DNA of 64,000 bases, from assembly GCA_002340355.1 (NCBI GenBank), contig DDLX01000042.1:7414-71413 (forward strand), in the 5' to 3' direction. A program made the position numbers and the translations under genes. Shown here in pieces: positions 21,903-31,723 of the stretch. Origin of the DNA: Cytophagales bacterium UBA2561 (GTDB lineage: Bacteria > Bacteroidota > Bacteroidia > Cytophagales > Thermoflexibacteraceae). Every line of letters starts with the position of its first letter. Within the stretch, counting starts at the first letter, position 1. The notes under the pieces were generated by a model, which searched no databases, was not told the DNA's origin, and saw nothing but the letters and a program-made list of their open reading frames with translations.

Positions 21903-23633
21903 CTAATTTTTGACTTTTATTAAAAATAACACCGCCACACCTATCTGGATACCAAAAACATTATCAGAGGCATCAGTACCAGTACTTCGAAGGTCACCTC
22001 CCAAATCATAAATATAACAAAAATCAAATTCTTTTTCGACCATTTTACGAAATCCATCATCTTGACGCTTGTCAATAAAACTCCGATTACAAATAAAAGC
22101 AATAATACCATTTTGGTCAAGGCGGTCAGATGCCCAACGGATGAAACGCTTGTACATATCGTACTGCTTGGTTTTTTGGGCAGAACTGGCTTTGATATAA
22201 GTATCCTTGATTCGTTTGTCAATGTCGGGATAAGGACGGTTTTTATTGTTATCATTTTCATTCATCTGGTTGGCATTGTAGGGCGGATTTCCCATGATAA
22301 CCGAAATTTTCAGCTCATTTTGGCGTTTAATCCGTTCGACATTTTCCAAAGACATTGCACCAAACATATCACCTTGTTTACCAGCATATTGCAAGGCTTG
22401 GGTATTGTCTAAGGTATCCACAAAACACAGATTTTCAAACTCCTCATAGCTATTCATTTTTTGCTGGTAAACTGCCTCAATATTCAAATTTGCCACGTAA
22501 TACGGCAACAAAGCCATTTCGTTTGCGTGAATCTCATTTTTGTATTTGTATTCGAGTTGGTGCGGTGGAATGTGTTCGATTAATTCGGTAATATAAGTTC
22601 CCGTTCCCGTACAAGGGTCTAAAATCTGTACACCTTTGTCGCCTAATGTTTTTGAAAAATGTTTATCCAATAAGTAATCCGTGCCTTCCAACATAAACTT
22701 CACAATCTCGTTAGGCGTATAAACAATGCCTAAACGGTCTGCTCCTTTGGGATTGTAGGCTTGGTAGAAATTCTCATAAACTACTTTGAGGAATTTTTGC
22801 TTTTCGGCATGGCTCACCATCTCGTTCGCCCGTGCTTTGATGGTGTTGTAATACGGTCGTACTGAGGTTAATAGGTCTTGTTTGGTCTTGCCTTTGAAAA
22901 AGGTTCTTTCGAGTTCGTAAAGGGTTTCGGCAATGTTATTTTCACGATGAAAGTCAGCATTATCGAAGATGGAAATGAAGATTTCTTCGGTCAAAATATG
23001 CTGAATCAACATTTCCCGAACATCGGCTAACCCCAGATTGGGATTGATAGAATCCTTGACTAATTGCAGAAATTTTGAACGTTGTTTTTTGTACTTTGGA
23101 TTTTGTACAGCTTCTTTTTCAATTATTTGCCGAAGGGCATCCAAAATATTGGGTAAATCCGTTCCAAAATTCGCAATGGCTTTATTGAATTCTTGAACTT
23201 CGGGACGTTCGTAGGAGATGAATTGGTTTAAAATGTGAAGCAAGGCATCGGAGTCTTGCATTTTAATCTCCGTTTTTTTCTCATCTTGGACGAGAACGGC
23301 ATTAACGGTATCTTCGAACAGGATATTACTTTTGGGATATCCTTTCTTAAATTTCTTCTCAATTTCTTGGTACAGGTCGTCTTTGGAATCCTTGCTTTCC
23401 CAATAGCCATAATCCAACTGCAGGATATTTCGCAAAATGCCGTCTGGGGTAACGGTGGTCTGGAAAGGGGTTTTGAGGGAGACTTCAGTAACCAGCTCTA
23501 AATTTTTGGGTCGGGCTAAACCATTGACCAAATTGTAAAAGGCATTTCGAACAGTAGTTTCATTCTGAGACCCGCTAAATTGTTTGGCACGATGTAAGTC
23601 GCCATAATAGCGATTGATGAGAATTTTGGACAT
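21903..23633 (-). CDS. N6-adenine DNA methyltransferase, N-terminal and catalytic part
   Basis: 576 aa with AdoMet motif I ILDPCTGTGTY and catalytic motif IV GNPPY. It ends ...GIQIGVAVLFLIKVKN with no specificity domain. Confidence 0.8.
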   Translation of the reverse strand: MSKILINRYYGDLHRAKQFSGSQNETTVRNAFYNLVNGLARPKNLELVTEVSLKTPFQTTVTPDGILRNILQLDYGYWESKDSKDDLYQEIEKKFKKGYPKSNILFEDTVNAVLVQDEKKTEIKMQDSDALLHILNQFISYERPEVQEFNKAIANFGTDLPNILDALRQIIEKEAVQNPKYKKQRSKFLQLVKDSINPNLGLADVREMLIQHILTEEIFISIFDNADFHRENNIAETLYELERTFFKGKTKQDLLTSVRPYYNTIKARANEMVSHAEKQKFLKVVYENFYQAYNPKGADRLGIVYTPNEIVKFMLEGTDYLLDKHFSKTLGDKGVQILDPCTGTGTYITELIEHIPPHQLEYKYKNEIHANEMALLPYYVANLNIEAVYQQKMNSYEEFENLCFVDTLDNTQALQYAGKQGDMFGAMSLENVERIKRQNELKISVIMGNPPYNANQMNENDNNKNRPYPDIDKRIKDTYIKASSAQKTKQYDMYKRFIRWASDRLDQNGIIAFICNRSFIDKRQDDGFRKMVEKEFDFCYIYDLGGDLRSTGTDASDNVFGIQIGVAVLFLIKVKN

Positions 23634-23791
23634 CTTTCAGGAATTCTTTCAAGGATAGTTATATAGCTATATATTTCCAAAGCAAGATACAAAACATAAA
23701 GTAAAATAAAAGAAGTGAAATTATTGAGGTGTGTTTGGAGAGAATTGGAAATGAATTTTTGTAACTTGTTAGGACTTTGTCTTAGAATTAA

Positions 23792-23875
23792 TGCTCACGA
23801 GAAGATTCGAACTTCCACGGGCTTGCGCCCACCACCCCCTCAAGATGGCGTGTCTACCAGTTCCACCACGTGAGC
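23792..23875 (-). tRNA. tRNA-Leu (anticodon GAG), type II with long variable arm
   Basis: Hand-folded cloverleaf: acceptor GCTCACG/CGTGAGC, anticodon stem CCATC/GGTGG with loop TTGAGGG, variable arm GGGC-GCAA-GCCC, T-loop TTCGAAT. Confidence 0.9.
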
Positions 23876-23895
23876 AAAACTTATTACTTATAGAG

Positions 23896-23968
23896 TGATC
23901 CCGCTGGGGCTCGAACCCAGGACCCTCTCCTTAAAAGGGAGATGCTCTACCAACTGAGCTACGGAATC
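23896..23968 (-). tRNA. tRNA-Lys (anticodon UUU)
   Basis: Acceptor GATTCCG/CGGGATC, anticodon stem TCTCC/GGAGA with loop CTTTTAA, T-loop GGTTCGAGCC. Confidence 0.9.
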
Positions 23969-24024
23969 TTTACCACAAAAAAATTTGAAGTATAAAGGCT
24001 TTGTACAAAAATTACTTAGCTTTG

Positions 24025-24097
24025 TGATCCCGCTGGGGTTCGAACCCAGGACCCTCTCCTTAAAAGGGAGATGCTCTACCAGCTGAGCTACGGAATC
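24025..24097 (-). tRNA. tRNA-Lys (anticodon UUU), second copy
   Basis: Near-identical to 23896-23968, with two substitutions seen (in the T and D regions). Confidence 0.9.
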
Positions 24098-24198
24098 AAG
24101 AAACTGTTAAAAAAACAATCAAAAAAGCTTTATTTTGCTTGCTTTAATTAGGGCGTTTCCCGTAATTGCGATGCAAAGGTAAAAGGCTTATTTAGAAT

Positions 24199-24942
24199 AT
24201 GCAAAGAAAATCATTTTTTTTTCCGATATTTTTTTTTCTTTTTTTGAGTATTCAACAGAATATACTTGTTGCTCAAGAAGTTATAGCAAAACTTCAAAAA
24301 GCGGATTCATTGTATCTTCAACGAAAATATCCCAAGGCAGAAGAAATTTATCGTCAGGTGTTGTTTGATGAACAACAATATACCCCTGCCATGCTCTTGA
24401 AAATGGCTCAACTTAATGAGTTGAAACAAAAACCAAACTTCATTGAAACGCTGTATGCTTTGAACTTGTATTATTTTCAATTGCCTGATACTCGGATTTT
24501 GGAAAAGATTCAAGCAATTGCCGAAGAGAAACATTTCAAAGGGTACGAAATTTCAGACTTGGAATATGTCGCATCCTTCTATAATCAATACAAAATGATC
24601 TTAATTCTAATAAGTTTGTTGGTCTTGAGTGGAGGGGTGTTTTATCTGTACTATCGCAAAAAGCAAGGCAAACGTCCTTTATTTCGGGCTATGGTTTTGA
24701 CGTTAATCATGGCACTCTTTTTTTGGATTCATAATTACGGATTAACTTATCAAAAAGGAATTTTATATCAGAAAGCACTCCTGATGAATGCGCCCTCGGC
24801 GGGAGCGACTTGTTTAGGGGTCATTTCAAAAGGAGATTGTTTCCAAATTATTGATAAGCAAGATGTTTGGTATAAGGTGCGCTCTAAAGAAGAGAACTTA
24901 GAAGGCTATATTCGAGCAGGTAATTTTTTAGTTATTCAGTAA
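24199..24942 (+). CDS. membrane protein with TPR-like N-terminus and SH3b-like C-terminus
   Basis: 247 aa with a signal/anchor, two central TM segments and a C-terminal WYKVRS...GYIRAGNF pattern typical of bacterial SH3 domains. Confidence 0.45.
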   Translation: MQRKSFFFPIFFFLFLSIQQNILVAQEVIAKLQKADSLYLQRKYPKAEEIYRQVLFDEQQYTPAMLLKMAQLNELKQKPNFIETLYALNLYYFQLPDTRILEKIQAIAEEKHFKGYEISDLEYVASFYNQYKMILILISLLVLSGGVFYLYYRKKQGKRPLFRAMVLTLIMALFFWIHNYGLTYQKGILYQKALLMNAPSAGATCLGVISKGDCFQIIDKQDVWYKVRSKEENLEGYIRAGNFLVIQ

Positions 24943-25031
24943 GAGATTGTTTAAATTTCAATAAAATACGTTCGTGAGTACACAAAAAACAGCAGAAAAT
25001 GATATTTCAAAAATTTTTAAACAACCTCTAA
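24940..25031. mobile_element. short family-1 MITE (ends only)
   Basis: The left end TAAGAGATTGTTTAAAT and right end TTTTTAAACAACCTCTAA match the ends of 36353-36534. The first three bases (TAA) are the stop codon of the 24199-24942 CDS. Confidence 0.55.
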
Positions 25032-25116
25032 TATTGTATATTTATGATTGTTAAAATACGATAACATACCTTTTGAAAGACATACATCAGAACCTATCTT
25101 GTGGTTCTCAATACTC

Positions 25117-26082
25117 TTATTTATCTGTCATTTCAATTACCCAAATTCCACGTAATTCGTTTGACTTATATCCTACAGCTTTATCTTCAGGGTACAATTG
25201 TTTTATTTTAGAATACACCTTCGGAGTAATATCTTGTTTTGGGTTTCCATGACATTGCAAACACATTTTGTTTGAAATGATTGGATAATAAGCTATGTAT
25301 CCACGGTCTGTTTTGATAAGTTTGGGTTTTATTTGTTGGCTTTCCGCTAAAGTATTCTTTACCTTATTTATATACTCAATTTCCGAACTATTGGCTTGGT
25401 TTAGTGGATTTCTATTTTTGTCCGACACCCTTTTAATTTTTGCATTTAATATAGCTGCCATACTATCGGTTAATGAAATAGCTTTGGTAGAACAAAAAGA
25501 TAATGCTCCTTCTGTTCCTTTTGTATTTATGGCTTGTTTTAAGTTACTACCAAGCGTACTTTTGGTTCGCATCGCTATTTGTTTCCCTAATTCTATTGGA
25601 GTGATTTCTACATTGGCACTTTGAGTGTACCTTGCCTTTTCTTCTTGATAATGCTTTTCAAACCAATCTGGTTTTTCAAGTTCCGAATTATATATGTAAA
25701 GAGCCATTTTTTCAATATCAGCTTTGCTCAAATTCATTTTTGGCATAACCCCAAAACGTTTCAAAGCATTAGGCATCTTTGAATTTTCTTCTGAAGGGTT
25801 GTTTAAAAACGTAGTAAAATCTTTTTTAAACTGTTCAAATGCAGTATTTTCAGAAATGTAATGTTTTTTGATAGCTATCATAGGTGGTGCAATTCTGTTA
25901 TCAATAGATGCATTTGGACTATGACAAGAAAAGCAAGTATTTTGGAGTAAATTAAAACCCTCTGACATTTTGTGAGAGTCAAGTTCAGTACTTTCCGTTT
26001 TTGAAACACTCTGCTTTTTACCTGTTTCACTACAAGAAGTGATAATTGGTATCACCACTAAAATCCATAAAAATTTTCTCAT
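25117..26082 (-). CDS. c-type cytochrome fused to a DUF3365-like domain
   Basis: 321 aa, lipoprotein-like signal (ITSC), and two CxxCH haem motifs (CFSCHS, CLQCHG). Confidence 0.6.
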   Translation of the reverse strand: MRKFLWILVVIPIITSCSETGKKQSVSKTESTELDSHKMSEGFNLLQNTCFSCHSPNASIDNRIAPPMIAIKKHYISENTAFEQFKKDFTTFLNNPSEENSKMPNALKRFGVMPKMNLSKADIEKMALYIYNSELEKPDWFEKHYQEEKARYTQSANVEITPIELGKQIAMRTKSTLGSNLKQAINTKGTEGALSFCSTKAISLTDSMAAILNAKIKRVSDKNRNPLNQANSSEIEYINKVKNTLAESQQIKPKLIKTDRGYIAYYPIISNKMCLQCHGNPKQDITPKVYSKIKQLYPEDKAVGYKSNELRGIWVIEMTDK

Positions 26083-26272
26083 TATACTTTGTTGATTTAG
26101 GTTATAACTTCCATATTAATTTTTTTTCATTGAAAATCAAGGAGTTGATTTTGTTATTCTTTTTGCTAAAACACTAACAAAAGTGAATTCAAGATACAAG
26201 TTCCTTATTCAAGTCAGGAGTACCAAAAGTAATCAAAAGCCATAATCTAATATGTCAGCCTCCTGTCAAACC

Positions 26273-26297
26273 TAAGAGGTTGCTTAAAAATTTTTGG
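26273..26297. repeat. solo left end of a family-1 MITE
   Basis: TAAGAGGTTGCTTAAAAATTTTTGG matches the left end at 36353. It directly abuts the truncated methyltransferase remnant. Confidence 0.45.
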
Positions 26298-26562
26298 AGA
26301 ATGGTCTTATGCTTTGAGAGCTGGAGGAAGTTATAATTATTTGGTTGTGAATGGGATACGAAGATTAACAGGGCGTGAAATGTTGCGCTTACAGGGTTTT
26401 CCAGAGGATTTTGTGATTAATATTCCTTATTCCCAAATCCGAAAAGTAGCAGGTAATTCGGTAACTGTTCCAGTAATTGAATTTATCGCAGAACAAATGT
26501 TAAAAGCCATGAAGGAGAAGGGTAAAATTAAAACAGTAGGAGTACAATTATCATTAGTTTAA
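26275..26562 (+). pseudogene. C-terminal remnant of a C5-cytosine DNA methyltransferase
   Basis: Only motifs IX-X remain (LTGREMLRLQGFPEDF, GNSVTVPV). The frame opens just after a stop at 26272-26274, inside the MITE end. The catalytic PC and ENV motifs are absent. Confidence 0.7.
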
Positions 26563-26566
26563 ATGA

Positions 26567-26755
26567 TTGAAAATGAAGATAGAAGAAGCAAAAAAATCGC
26601 TGGATAAAGTTATCAGAAAAGCAAGGGTTCATTTATACAAACCTATCCAAATTGCTGAAATTGAGTTAGAATTTCCTGCAACTAAAGGTAAAGAGTTTAA
26701 AACTTTTTTTGAGGGAAGAAACTATCACAAAGTCAAAGATGAATTTTGGAAGTAA
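26567..26755 (+). pseudogene. possible truncated partner gene of the methyltransferase remnant (restriction-enzyme fragment?)
   Basis: 62-aa ORF starting 5 nt after the remnant. Its position suggests a former R-M pair. The sequence VHLYKPIQIAEI only vaguely recalls type II endonuclease N-termini. Confidence 0.2.
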
Positions 26756-26976
26756 GCACTTTGACGATTTCTTTTGTAAGATATTTTTTTGATATTGCTT
26801 ATTGCCATTATATATATTAACACAAAACAGCTTCTAAAATATTCCAGTCGCCATCTTTTTCAGTCATCTTGGTTTTTATATTTTACTCGGTTGTTCGGGT
26901 GACAAGCAAATTCGTATCGAACAGGGGATAAATCCCCTGCTACTCACAAACTTATAGTAATATAGTAATCAAGGAG

Positions 26977-28251
26977 TTATATTTTATTTAATGCCTGATT
27001 AAAGTCGGAAATAATATCATCAATCTTTTCGATACCTACGGTAACTCTAATTAAATCAGGGGTAACACCTGCATCTTTTTGCTCTTGTTCGGTTAATTGT
27101 CTATGGGTCATACTAGCAGGGTGAAGAACACCAGTCCGTACATCGGCAACATGAACCACGATAGCCGCCAACTTCAAAGAGTTCATTACTTTTTCACCCT
27201 CTATCGCTCCACCTTTAACCCCAAAAGTCAAAACCCCACTATTTCCTTTTAGATATTTCTTAGAAAGATTATAAAAAGGATGTCCTTCAAGTCCTGGATA
27301 ATTTACCCAACTTACATTTTCATGTTCTTGTAAGAACTCAGCTAATTTTTGTGTGTTTTCACAATGTCTATCCATTCTTACGTGTAGTGTTTCTATGCCT
27401 ACATTCGTTAAAAAAGCATTCATCGGCGTTTGGTAACTTCCTAAATCTCTAATCCACTGCACTCTTGCTTTTACGATATAAGCTAAGTTACCAAATTTTT
27501 CAGGATACACTAAGCCATGATAACTTGGGTCAGGATTCACAAATTCGGGAAACTTTTTATTATTCCAATCAAAATTTCCACCGTCAATAATCACTCCGCC
27601 AACACTTATAGCGTGTCCGTCTAAATATTTCGTAGAAGAGTGAATGACAACATTTGCACCATGTTCAAGGGGGCGACAAAGATACGGAGTGGCAAAAGTA
27701 TTATCAACGATAAAAGGGACATCCATCTCTTTGGCTAAAGTAGAAAACTTCTCAAAATCAAGCACATCTAATGCAGGATTTGCGATTGTTTCTCCAAAGA
27801 GAGCTTTTGTATTGGGTTTAAAATACTTTTTGAGTTCATCCAATGGGAGGGATGCATCAACTAAAGTGACTTCAATTCCCATCTTTTTAAGTGTATTTGT
27901 AAATAGCGAAACCGTACCGCCATAAAGCGCACCTATGGCAACAAAGTGGTCTCCTGCGGTACAAACATTGGTTATCGCAATCGTAGAAGCGGTCTGACCC
28001 GATGAAGTGGCTAAAGCTCCAACCCCTCCTTCTAGTTCTGCCATTTTATTTTCAAATGCTTCAACCGTAGGATTACTAATTCTTGAATACATATGCCCAG
28101 CAACATCCAGATTAAACAAATCTGCAACCTCTTGTGCAGTATCATATTTATAGGTTGTACTTTGAGCAATAGGAAGTACTCTAGGTTCTCCATTTTTTGG
28201 CTTATATCCGCCCTGAATAGCTACTGTTTCGATACTCCAGTTGTTTTCCAT
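26977..28251 (-). CDS. metY: O-acetylhomoserine sulfhydrylase (aminocarboxypropyltransferase)
   Basis: 424 aa Cys/Met-metabolism PLP enzyme with PLP-lysine context HSSTKYLDGH and an N-terminal ETVAIQGG...STTY pattern. Confidence 0.9.
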   Translation of the reverse strand: MENNWSIETVAIQGGYKPKNGEPRVLPIAQSTTYKYDTAQEVADLFNLDVAGHMYSRISNPTVEAFENKMAELEGGVGALATSSGQTASTIAITNVCTAGDHFVAIGALYGGTVSLFTNTLKKMGIEVTLVDASLPLDELKKYFKPNTKALFGETIANPALDVLDFEKFSTLAKEMDVPFIVDNTFATPYLCRPLEHGANVVIHSSTKYLDGHAISVGGVIIDGGNFDWNNKKFPEFVNPDPSYHGLVYPEKFGNLAYIVKARVQWIRDLGSYQTPMNAFLTNVGIETLHVRMDRHCENTQKLAEFLQEHENVSWVNYPGLEGHPFYNLSKKYLKGNSGVLTFGVKGGAIEGEKVMNSLKLAAIVVHVADVRTGVLHPASMTHRQLTEQEQKDAGVTPDLIRVTVGIEKIDDIISDFNQALNKI

Positions 28252-28531
28252 CTGTTTTCTTTATAATAAGATTGATTATAGTTATTTAATTAAAATTTTA
28301 TACGTTTTCTACTCCACTAAAATCGGCTAAAACTTAGAATTAAAAAGAAAAAAATCGACAGCAAAGTTAAGAAAATATTATTAATCAATATTTTTGGTGG
28401 AAATAACTTATTTAAATGTGATCTCAAAAAGAGATTTTTTTCAAATTATTGATAATCAAAATGTATGAAATTTGAAAATTTTTAAACCCCTCAGCTTCTT
28501 AAAAAGTAAGGAGTTTGTTATCTCTTAAATA

Positions 28532-29230
28532 TTACTTTCGTAATAAGTCGCTTACCGTCTGAATGCCTCGTGTTTGCGCTTTTTTTACTAAAATTTGAAA
28601 TAGTTCTGCCGTAGCTAAAGCATCGCCAGCCGCATTATGTCTAGCCGAATTTCCAATATGGTAGCGTTTACACAAGCTGTCTAATGTATATTCCTGTGGT
28701 TTGAATTCATACCAGTTTGCCGTATTTAATTCTAATCTTCGGGCAAGATAAAATGTATCTAATGAGGCATTGAATAGGGGGAATTTAAAGTAATGTTGGG
28801 TCAATTGTGAAACCATCGTTACGTCAAAAGCAGCATGATGAGCCACTAAAACATCTCCTTTGATAAAGTCTAGAAATTGAATAACGGCTTCTTCTTCTCC
28901 CAAACCATCCTGCAAATCACGGGGAATAATTTCGTGTATGGTGACGGCAGACTGCTTAGTTAATTTCCGATTTCGGACAAAAACTTCGAAGGATTCACGG
29001 GGCGAAACAATCCCATTTTTGATAGCTATTGCACCAATAGAAAGGATTTTATCTTTTTGTGGATCAAAACCTGTAGTTTCAGTATCAAAAACCACAAAAC
29101 GACAATCCTCGACACGTTTACGAGAAAGTTTATGTGATTTATTATGATTTACATAGGCACTAACAGAAGAAGAAAATGCACCAGAGCGGGACTTTTGTTG
29201 GGCTTGAAACTTATACCAAAAAGAAAACAT
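28532..29230 (-). CDS. DnaQ-like 3'-5' exonuclease
   Basis: ExoI FVVFDTETTG, ExoII LVAHHAAFDV and ExoIII HNAAGDALATAELF motifs are present. Confidence 0.8.
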   Translation of the reverse strand: MFSFWYKFQAQQKSRSGAFSSSVSAYVNHNKSHKLSRKRVEDCRFVVFDTETTGFDPQKDKILSIGAIAIKNGIVSPRESFEVFVRNRKLTKQSAVTIHEIIPRDLQDGLGEEEAVIQFLDFIKGDVLVAHHAAFDVTMVSQLTQHYFKFPLFNASLDTFYLARRLELNTANWYEFKPQEYTLDSLCKRYHIGNSARHNAAGDALATAELFQILVKKAQTRGIQTVSDLLRK

Positions 29231-29269
29231 ACTTGCTTTTTCATTAATTTTATTACTCGTGCTGGAAAG

Positions 29270-31723
29270 TTACGTAGAAAAAACAGAAACGCCATATTTT
29301 TGAGGAAGTATTTTCGTCTTACAAAATAAAAAAATACTACACATTGCTCCGCCTTGATTTCGATTTGCAACTTCGATTATTCCGCCATGATTTTCAATAA
29401 TTTGATGAGTAATAAATAATCCAAGTCCTGTGCCTTTGCCAACATCTTGAGTCGTAAAAAATGGCTCAAATACTTTTTTGTGGACTTCCTCAGGAATTCC
29501 TATTCCATTGTCAGCAATTAGAATCTGCACGCCATGTTGAGCCTTATCGTATTTGGTCGTAATTTCAATTTTTCCTTTTTGGTTATCTACTGCTTGAATA
29601 GCATTATTAAGTACATTCAAAAATACTTGATTAATTTCCCCAGGAATGCAATCAACCAAAGGAATATTTTCGGCATAATGTCGGCAAACTTTAATATTTT
29701 GGATTGAATAATGCAAAACTGTCAAAGTGGCTTCTAAATTTTCATGAATATCAATGGGTTTAGGCATATTTTGGTCAAGGCGTGAAAAAATTTTAAGTCC
29801 TCGAACAATGCCTTCAATTCGCTCTGAACCTTGTCGAATATCATCAATGGCTTCCAGAATATCATTTGGTAATTCCGAAAAATATAATTTATCCTTAAGA
29901 TCTTGGAGTTTTTTAGCTTGTTTTTGATGTTCTTCAATATCCTTAATATTTTCTAAATCAATTTGTTGCTCTAAAATTTTCAATAAATCTTTGAAGTCTT
30001 GTTCCAAGGTTTCGGAAGCAGATGCAATAAAATTAATTGGGTTATTAAATTCATGTGCCACTCCTGCGGTAAGTTGTCCAACCGAAGCCATTTTTTCAGA
30101 TTGTAACATCTGAGCCTGTGTTGCTTGCAATTTCTGAAGTGTTTTTTGCAATTCCTGATTCGCCTCTTCGGCTTTTTGTTTTTCCTTTGTAATTATTTGA
30201 TATTGTGAGTCGATTTGCGTGTTTTTTCGTTTTAGTTTCCGAACGGCTTGATTTCGCTGGCGTAACGTATAAAATAAGACGATTAAAAATATAATCATCA
30301 ATAACAAGCCTCCTCCAACCGTCATAAGTTGCATACGTTGAATATCAAGTTCTTGAGCTTGCTTTTGTTGTTGTGTTCGAAGTATTTCGTTTTCTTTTCG
30401 GGCTTTATCCATTTCAGCTTCAATTCGCATTCCAGCTAGTTTATTCGCATTCAGCTTTGAAAAAATACTATCCTTAACTGAAATGTGCTTCTGATAATAT
30501 TCAAGAGAAGTTTTATAGTTTCCTTGTTTTTCATAAATACAAGACATATTTCTATAATTACTTCGGATAATATCCGTATATCCCTCTTTCTTAGCAATAC
30601 TCATACTATGCCGAGTGGCACGCATGGCTTTAATTAATAGCTTCATTTTCAAATAACTACGACTCAACCCTTCGTCAGACTTAGCGATCAGATATCGGTC
30701 ATTTACTAAGTGAGCGGATAATCCTGCGTATCGAAAAAACAATTCTCCCTTCTCATCTTCTCCTTTTTTGAGATAAGTATTAGCACGATGAATATTACAT
30801 AATACTTTATCACGTATCTTATGATGTTTATCAAATTTATTGTATGCTAATTCATAATACTTTAGCGCATTATCATACTCTTTTTTGGTTTCAAAAACTT
30901 TCCCTATATTCCGAAGTGTGTAAGCTTCTCCAATTTCATAATGACTTTGTTTAGCTAATTTCAAAGCTTGCTCAAAATACTCATATGCAACTGCACTATT
31001 CTTCCAGTGTAGATATAACTCTCCAATCCGATTTTGTAGGATAATCGTTCCATTTTCATCATTTTGTTTATGTCGAAGATGTAGGGCATCTTCATAGTAC
31101 TCGGCAGCTTGATTATAATCACCCCACGCCTCATAAATTTCTCCAATTGCTTTTTGAGTATTCGCCACATCATCAATATGTTGCTGATCATGAGCAATTT
31201 GTAAGGCATCTTTGTAATAACGTAAAGCTTCAGATAACTTTCCTGTATTTTGAGCATATTCTCCCATCTCCAGATGACACTCCTTAATACGAATCGAATC
31301 TTGGAATTCGTAAGCCATCCAAACTGCTTGATTATACATAAGAGCTGCCGAATCATACATCTGTAACCTTCGATAAAATCTACCTACATTTCGGTAAGCT
31401 TCGTATTTTATTTCCCACTTTTTTGTCATCTGAGCAACTTGTTGAGAATGACTCAATGCGTTTCGAAGTTGTGACTTAGTTTCCTTAGATAGAATAGGTA
31501 ACATATTCGAAAGTTGATTCAGAATATGGTGTTGTTCTTCAAATGATGACGTATGAATAAGTTTTTTCTGTAGAGAATCAAACAAGGTATTGGCAGTACT
31601 TTGTTGTGCCTGCGTTTTTTGCCAATATCCCATTAAACCTATCATTATCAGCCCATAGCGGAGATAAGTATGCCAACAAAAACGTAAATAAAACGGCTTC
31701 ATGTTTTGCATTTTCGCACTCAA
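29270..31723 (-). CDS. TPR-repeat sensor histidine kinase (no receiver domain)
   Basis: 817 aa with multiple TPR-like repeats, one TM and a coiled coil. H-box AHEFNNPINF and ATPase boxes NNAIQA, DNGIGI, GTGLGL are present. Confidence 0.85.
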   Translation of the reverse strand: MSAKMQNMKPFYLRFCWHTYLRYGLIMIGLMGYWQKTQAQQSTANTLFDSLQKKLIHTSSFEEQHHILNQLSNMLPILSKETKSQLRNALSHSQQVAQMTKKWEIKYEAYRNVGRFYRRLQMYDSAALMYNQAVWMAYEFQDSIRIKECHLEMGEYAQNTGKLSEALRYYKDALQIAHDQQHIDDVANTQKAIGEIYEAWGDYNQAAEYYEDALHLRHKQNDENGTIILQNRIGELYLHWKNSAVAYEYFEQALKLAKQSHYEIGEAYTLRNIGKVFETKKEYDNALKYYELAYNKFDKHHKIRDKVLCNIHRANTYLKKGEDEKGELFFRYAGLSAHLVNDRYLIAKSDEGLSRSYLKMKLLIKAMRATRHSMSIAKKEGYTDIIRSNYRNMSCIYEKQGNYKTSLEYYQKHISVKDSIFSKLNANKLAGMRIEAEMDKARKENEILRTQQQKQAQELDIQRMQLMTVGGGLLLMIIFLIVLFYTLRQRNQAVRKLKRKNTQIDSQYQIITKEKQKAEEANQELQKTLQKLQATQAQMLQSEKMASVGQLTAGVAHEFNNPINFIASASETLEQDFKDLLKILEQQIDLENIKDIEEHQKQAKKLQDLKDKLYFSELPNDILEAIDDIRQGSERIEGIVRGLKIFSRLDQNMPKPIDIHENLEATLTVLHYSIQNIKVCRHYAENIPLVDCIPGEINQVFLNVLNNAIQAVDNQKGKIEITTKYDKAQHGVQILIADNGIGIPEEVHKKVFEPFFTTQDVGKGTGLGLFITHQIIENHGGIIEVANRNQGGAMCSIFLFCKTKILPQKYGVSVFST

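Noticed and set aside
26860-26960. Perfect hairpin CAGGGGATAAATCCCCTG downstream of metY, considered as a terminator.
   Set aside because: No T-tract follows on either strand, so I did not list it as a terminator. It may still be a structural element.
28252-28531. Possible SAM or other riboswitch upstream of metY.
   Set aside because: The minus-strand leader is very AT-rich. It shows none of the conserved SAM-I/SAM-II style GC-rich helices I could recognise by eye. A covariance-model scan would be needed to exclude one.
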